The position numbers and the translations under genes were made by a program. A stretch of 64,000 nucleotides of DNA, taken from contig NC_086097.1 in assembly GCF_963921235.1 (NCBI RefSeq), forward strand, positions 9,114,001-9,178,000, given 5' to 3'. The notes below the pieces were generated by a model. The model did not search any database, was not told the origin of the DNA, and saw only the letters and a list, made by a program, of their open reading frames with translations. Numbering within the stretch: position 1 is the first letter of the stretch; each line of letters begins with the position of its first letter. This DNA is from Mobula hypostoma (taxonomy: Eukaryota). Positions 61,348-64,000 of this stretch are shown here, one piece after another.

Positions 61348-62006
61348 CCTACGCTCTGTCCGCCAGAGAAAGCAGAATCTCCCAGTGGCCACACATTTTC
61401 CAGCGTGTTGTGAGTGTTAATTCCATGTCCCATTCCCATTCTGATAGGTCTATCCACGCCCTCCTCTACTGTCAAGATGAAGCCACACTCGGGTTGGAGG
61501 AACAACACCTTATATTCTGTCTGGGTAGCCTCCAACCTGATGGCATGAACACTGACTTCTCTAACTTCCGTTAATGCCCCACCTCCCCTTTGTACCCCAT
61601 CCCTTATTTATTATTTATTTATTTGTTTGTTTGTTTATTATTATTTTATTCTTTTCCCCTTTCTTTCTTTCTTTTTTCTCCCTCTGTCCCTCTCACTATA
61701 ACTCCTTGCCCATCTTCTGGGTTTCCCTCCCCTTTTCTTTCTCCCTAGGCTTCCCATCCCATGATCCTTATCCTTTCCCTTCTTCAGCCTCATATCCCTT
61801 TTGCCAATGAACTTTCCAGCTCTTAGCTCCATCTCTCCCCCTCCTGTCTTCTCCTACCATTTTGGATCTCCCCCACCCCTCCCACATTCAAATCTCTTAC
61901 TATCTCTTCTTTCAGTTAGTCCTGACGAAGGGTTTCGGCCCAAAACGTCAACTGTACCTCTTCCTATAGATGCTGCCTGGCCTGCTGCGTTCACCAGCGT
62001 TTTTTG
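61348..62006 (+). mobile_element. Penelope-like 3' fragment with 11-bp TSD
   Basis: agggtctttta (61337-47) and agggtctgtta (62007-17). Translation LEEQHLIFCLGSLQPDGMNTDFSNFR*. Colinear with 21661-22260. Confidence 0.88.
61917..61954 (+). ncRNA. Minimal hammerhead ribozyme motif, CpG-decayed (GAAA to AAAA)
   Basis: tagtc-CTGACGA-agggtttcggccc-AAAA-cgtc-aactg. Confidence 0.65.
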
Positions 62007-62175
62007 AGGGTCTGTTAAGAGACTTTTGGATAGTTACGTGGAGCTTAGAAAAATATAGGACTGGAGGCAAGCCTAGTAATTTCTAAGGTAGGGACATGTT
62101 CGACAAAACTTTGTGGGCCAAAGGGCCTGTATTGTGCTGTAGGTTTTCTATGTTTCTATGTTTCTATGTTTCTAC

Positions 62176-62490
62176 ATAATTCACACACAGCACATAAAGT
62201 AATATTGCCATAAATAAATTTAACTAATAATAAGATGCATTTATGACATAAGTTAAAAAGTAAACAGTATAATGGTGTTGCTTCATACGTGATAAGATCT
62301 GGGTGGTTTCAGGGAGTTCAGTAGTCTTGCAGCCTGGGGGAAGAAACAGTTTACCGTCTAGCAGTCTTTGTCTTAATGCTATGGTACCTCCTGCCTGATG
62401 GTAGAGGGGCAAAGAGATTGTTGGACAGATAGGAGAGATCATTGACAATGCTGAGTGCCCTGTATACACCACACTCCTGGTAAATATCAC
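62176..62490 (-). mobile_element. Rex1-type 3' fragment
   Basis: Minus translation ALSIVNDLS....LFAPLPSGRRYHSIKTKT. Confidence 0.7.
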
Positions 62491-63089
62491 AGATGTTTAT
62501 TTTTATTTGAGAACAAGTGGAAGAATGTGAAGTGGGAGACAGGACACTGAAGTTAGTTACCAATAGATGGATAGCAGACAGTTAATATAGATTAATATGC
62601 AGGCTGTAGAAATTTGCATGACCCCTTCATTAGGTAGGGAGGAGGTTGGAGGCCCAACAGTAGAGCGTTTGGTCTGTTACTGTTTAACAGAGCAGTTACA
62701 TCAGAGGAGTTGGTGCACAAAGTAGGTGTTCAATCTTACAATGAGTGGACATTTTAGTCACTTCCCTTGTGATCACAAGACCCTGCTGGATATTGTTTAG
62801 AGCACTGCAAGCCCAATTTACTGATTTCTTGGTGGACAGCGGGCAGCTGCATGACCTCAGTTAGTTTGGTGAGGCCTCAAGCCATGGTGTCACCTGTTTA
62901 CAGCCACCCAGGAGAGAGACATTGGAGCCAGTGCCGCATGGTGTCCAAACTGGAGTCGGTGATACCCTCCAGTGTTCGCTTGGCAAAAAACAAGCCGCAT
63001 TGTGTTCAACTGCAGATTTCTGCAGCATTCATGGCTCAGGGTCTTGGACTTTTTTTTGTGTTACTGTATTTTATTGATATCTTACATCA

Positions 63090-63925
63090 AATCACACCAA
63101 ATCAAGTTTATTTGTCATTCAAACCATACATGTTCTCCCGGGGCCAAGGTGCAGAAACATACATCCACCTTCAAAATAATGAGAAAGGGGAAAAGAAACA
63201 TAGTCATGTAAGAAAACTATTTTTTAGACCAAGTTCCTGAGCTAAAAGTCGCCCAAATTGATGGTTTCTGGCAGTCCAGACTGTAATTCCATAGATCCAC
63301 CACTGGAGGGCAGCATCAACAGGAGCTGCCACCCCAAACAAGCTCAGACACCACTCTACAGCACAAGCCCGAGGACCGAGGCAACACTGCTGCCTCGCCG
63401 CCTGTCTCCCCACAAAACAAGGGAAGCAGGCCTGTGGTAACCAATGTCCAACAGGGTCTTGCGATCGCAAGAGAAACATCCAAGACAGTTACTTACTATT
63501 TCACTGGATTCCTCCTTTGCGCCAACTCGAAGAGACCTACTCTGTTACCTCCGAGTAGCACTCAGCAGCATGGCCTGCACTCAGGTCAACTCTTCTGAAT
63601 CCAGTTTGGCTTCTCCTGTGGCCCAACTGCCCGGCTCGAATCTCCAGGCTCGATAGCCTGACTTGAATCCCAAAGCCTGATGACCCGGCTTGAATCCCCT
63701 GGCCCAATCATCCCCTGCCCAATGGGACTATTTGACTTCCCCAGTCCGCTGGGCAACTCGCCTTCTCTGAACCGTCAGCCGGCTCTTATGTGCTTGCTAT
63801 CATGTACGTGCTATACGTGTCTTGTGCTGTGTGTGACTGCTGGTTCTGTGTTTTACACCATGGCCCCAGAAGAATGCTGTTTCGTATAGCTGTATGGTTG
63901 AATGACAATTAAATTTGCACTTGAA
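63090..63925. mobile_element. Non-autonomous retroposon fragments (- from ~63090; + tail ~63790-63925)
   Basis: gggccaaggtgca and aatgacaattaaa tail motifs shared with 25232-26174. Confidence 0.45.
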
Positions 63926-64000
63926 CTTATGAAGGCAAAGATGAGTGTTTTGGCAGTGCAGTATTATAGTAACGGAGGTTGGCAATCTTGCTTCGTGGGT

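Larger units (their letters stand above)
58661..62060 (+). pseudogene. CR1 ORF2 (APE endonuclease and RT) with several frameshifts and stops
   Basis: LKCVYFNVRS, AITETW, GDSDHN, YMDFSKAFD, KFADDTK, LVRPHLEYC. Confidence 0.9.
57550..62175 (+). mobile_element. Near full-length CR1 LINE (5' UTR remnant, ORF1, ORF2, tail) with a Penelope insertion near its 3' end
   Basis: ORF1 and ORF2 pieces occur in order; (ttctatgt)n tail at ~62147-62175. Confidence 0.93.

Overview
Vertebrate genomic DNA, most likely a cartilaginous fish (shark or ray). This is inferred from the HER1-like CR1 LINEs and HE1/V-SINE-like SINEs, not from a marker gene. Most of the window is a nested set of retroelements. It contains many CR1 LINE copies (one near full length with an esterase ORF1, 57550-62175) and a nearly intact RTE-clade LINE (about 6304-10674; one ~1070-codon frame with three stops). 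It also holds many Rex1/Babar fragments, a HERO (restriction-like endonuclease) fragment, three or four solo LTRs (one filled with a higher-order tandem array), V-SINEs and ORF-less LINE derivatives. Penelope-like elements (PLEs) carry minimal hammerhead ribozyme motifs, and some form fold-back elements with a hammerhead on each strand. The short unique stretches hold one good and two weaker candidate minus-strand coding exons of an unidentified host gene, so the window probably lies in very large introns. There are no prokaryotic genes, rRNA, tRNA or CRISPR arrays. Boundaries of old repeats are approximate (tens of bp); boundaries defined by target-site duplications (TSDs) were read base by base.
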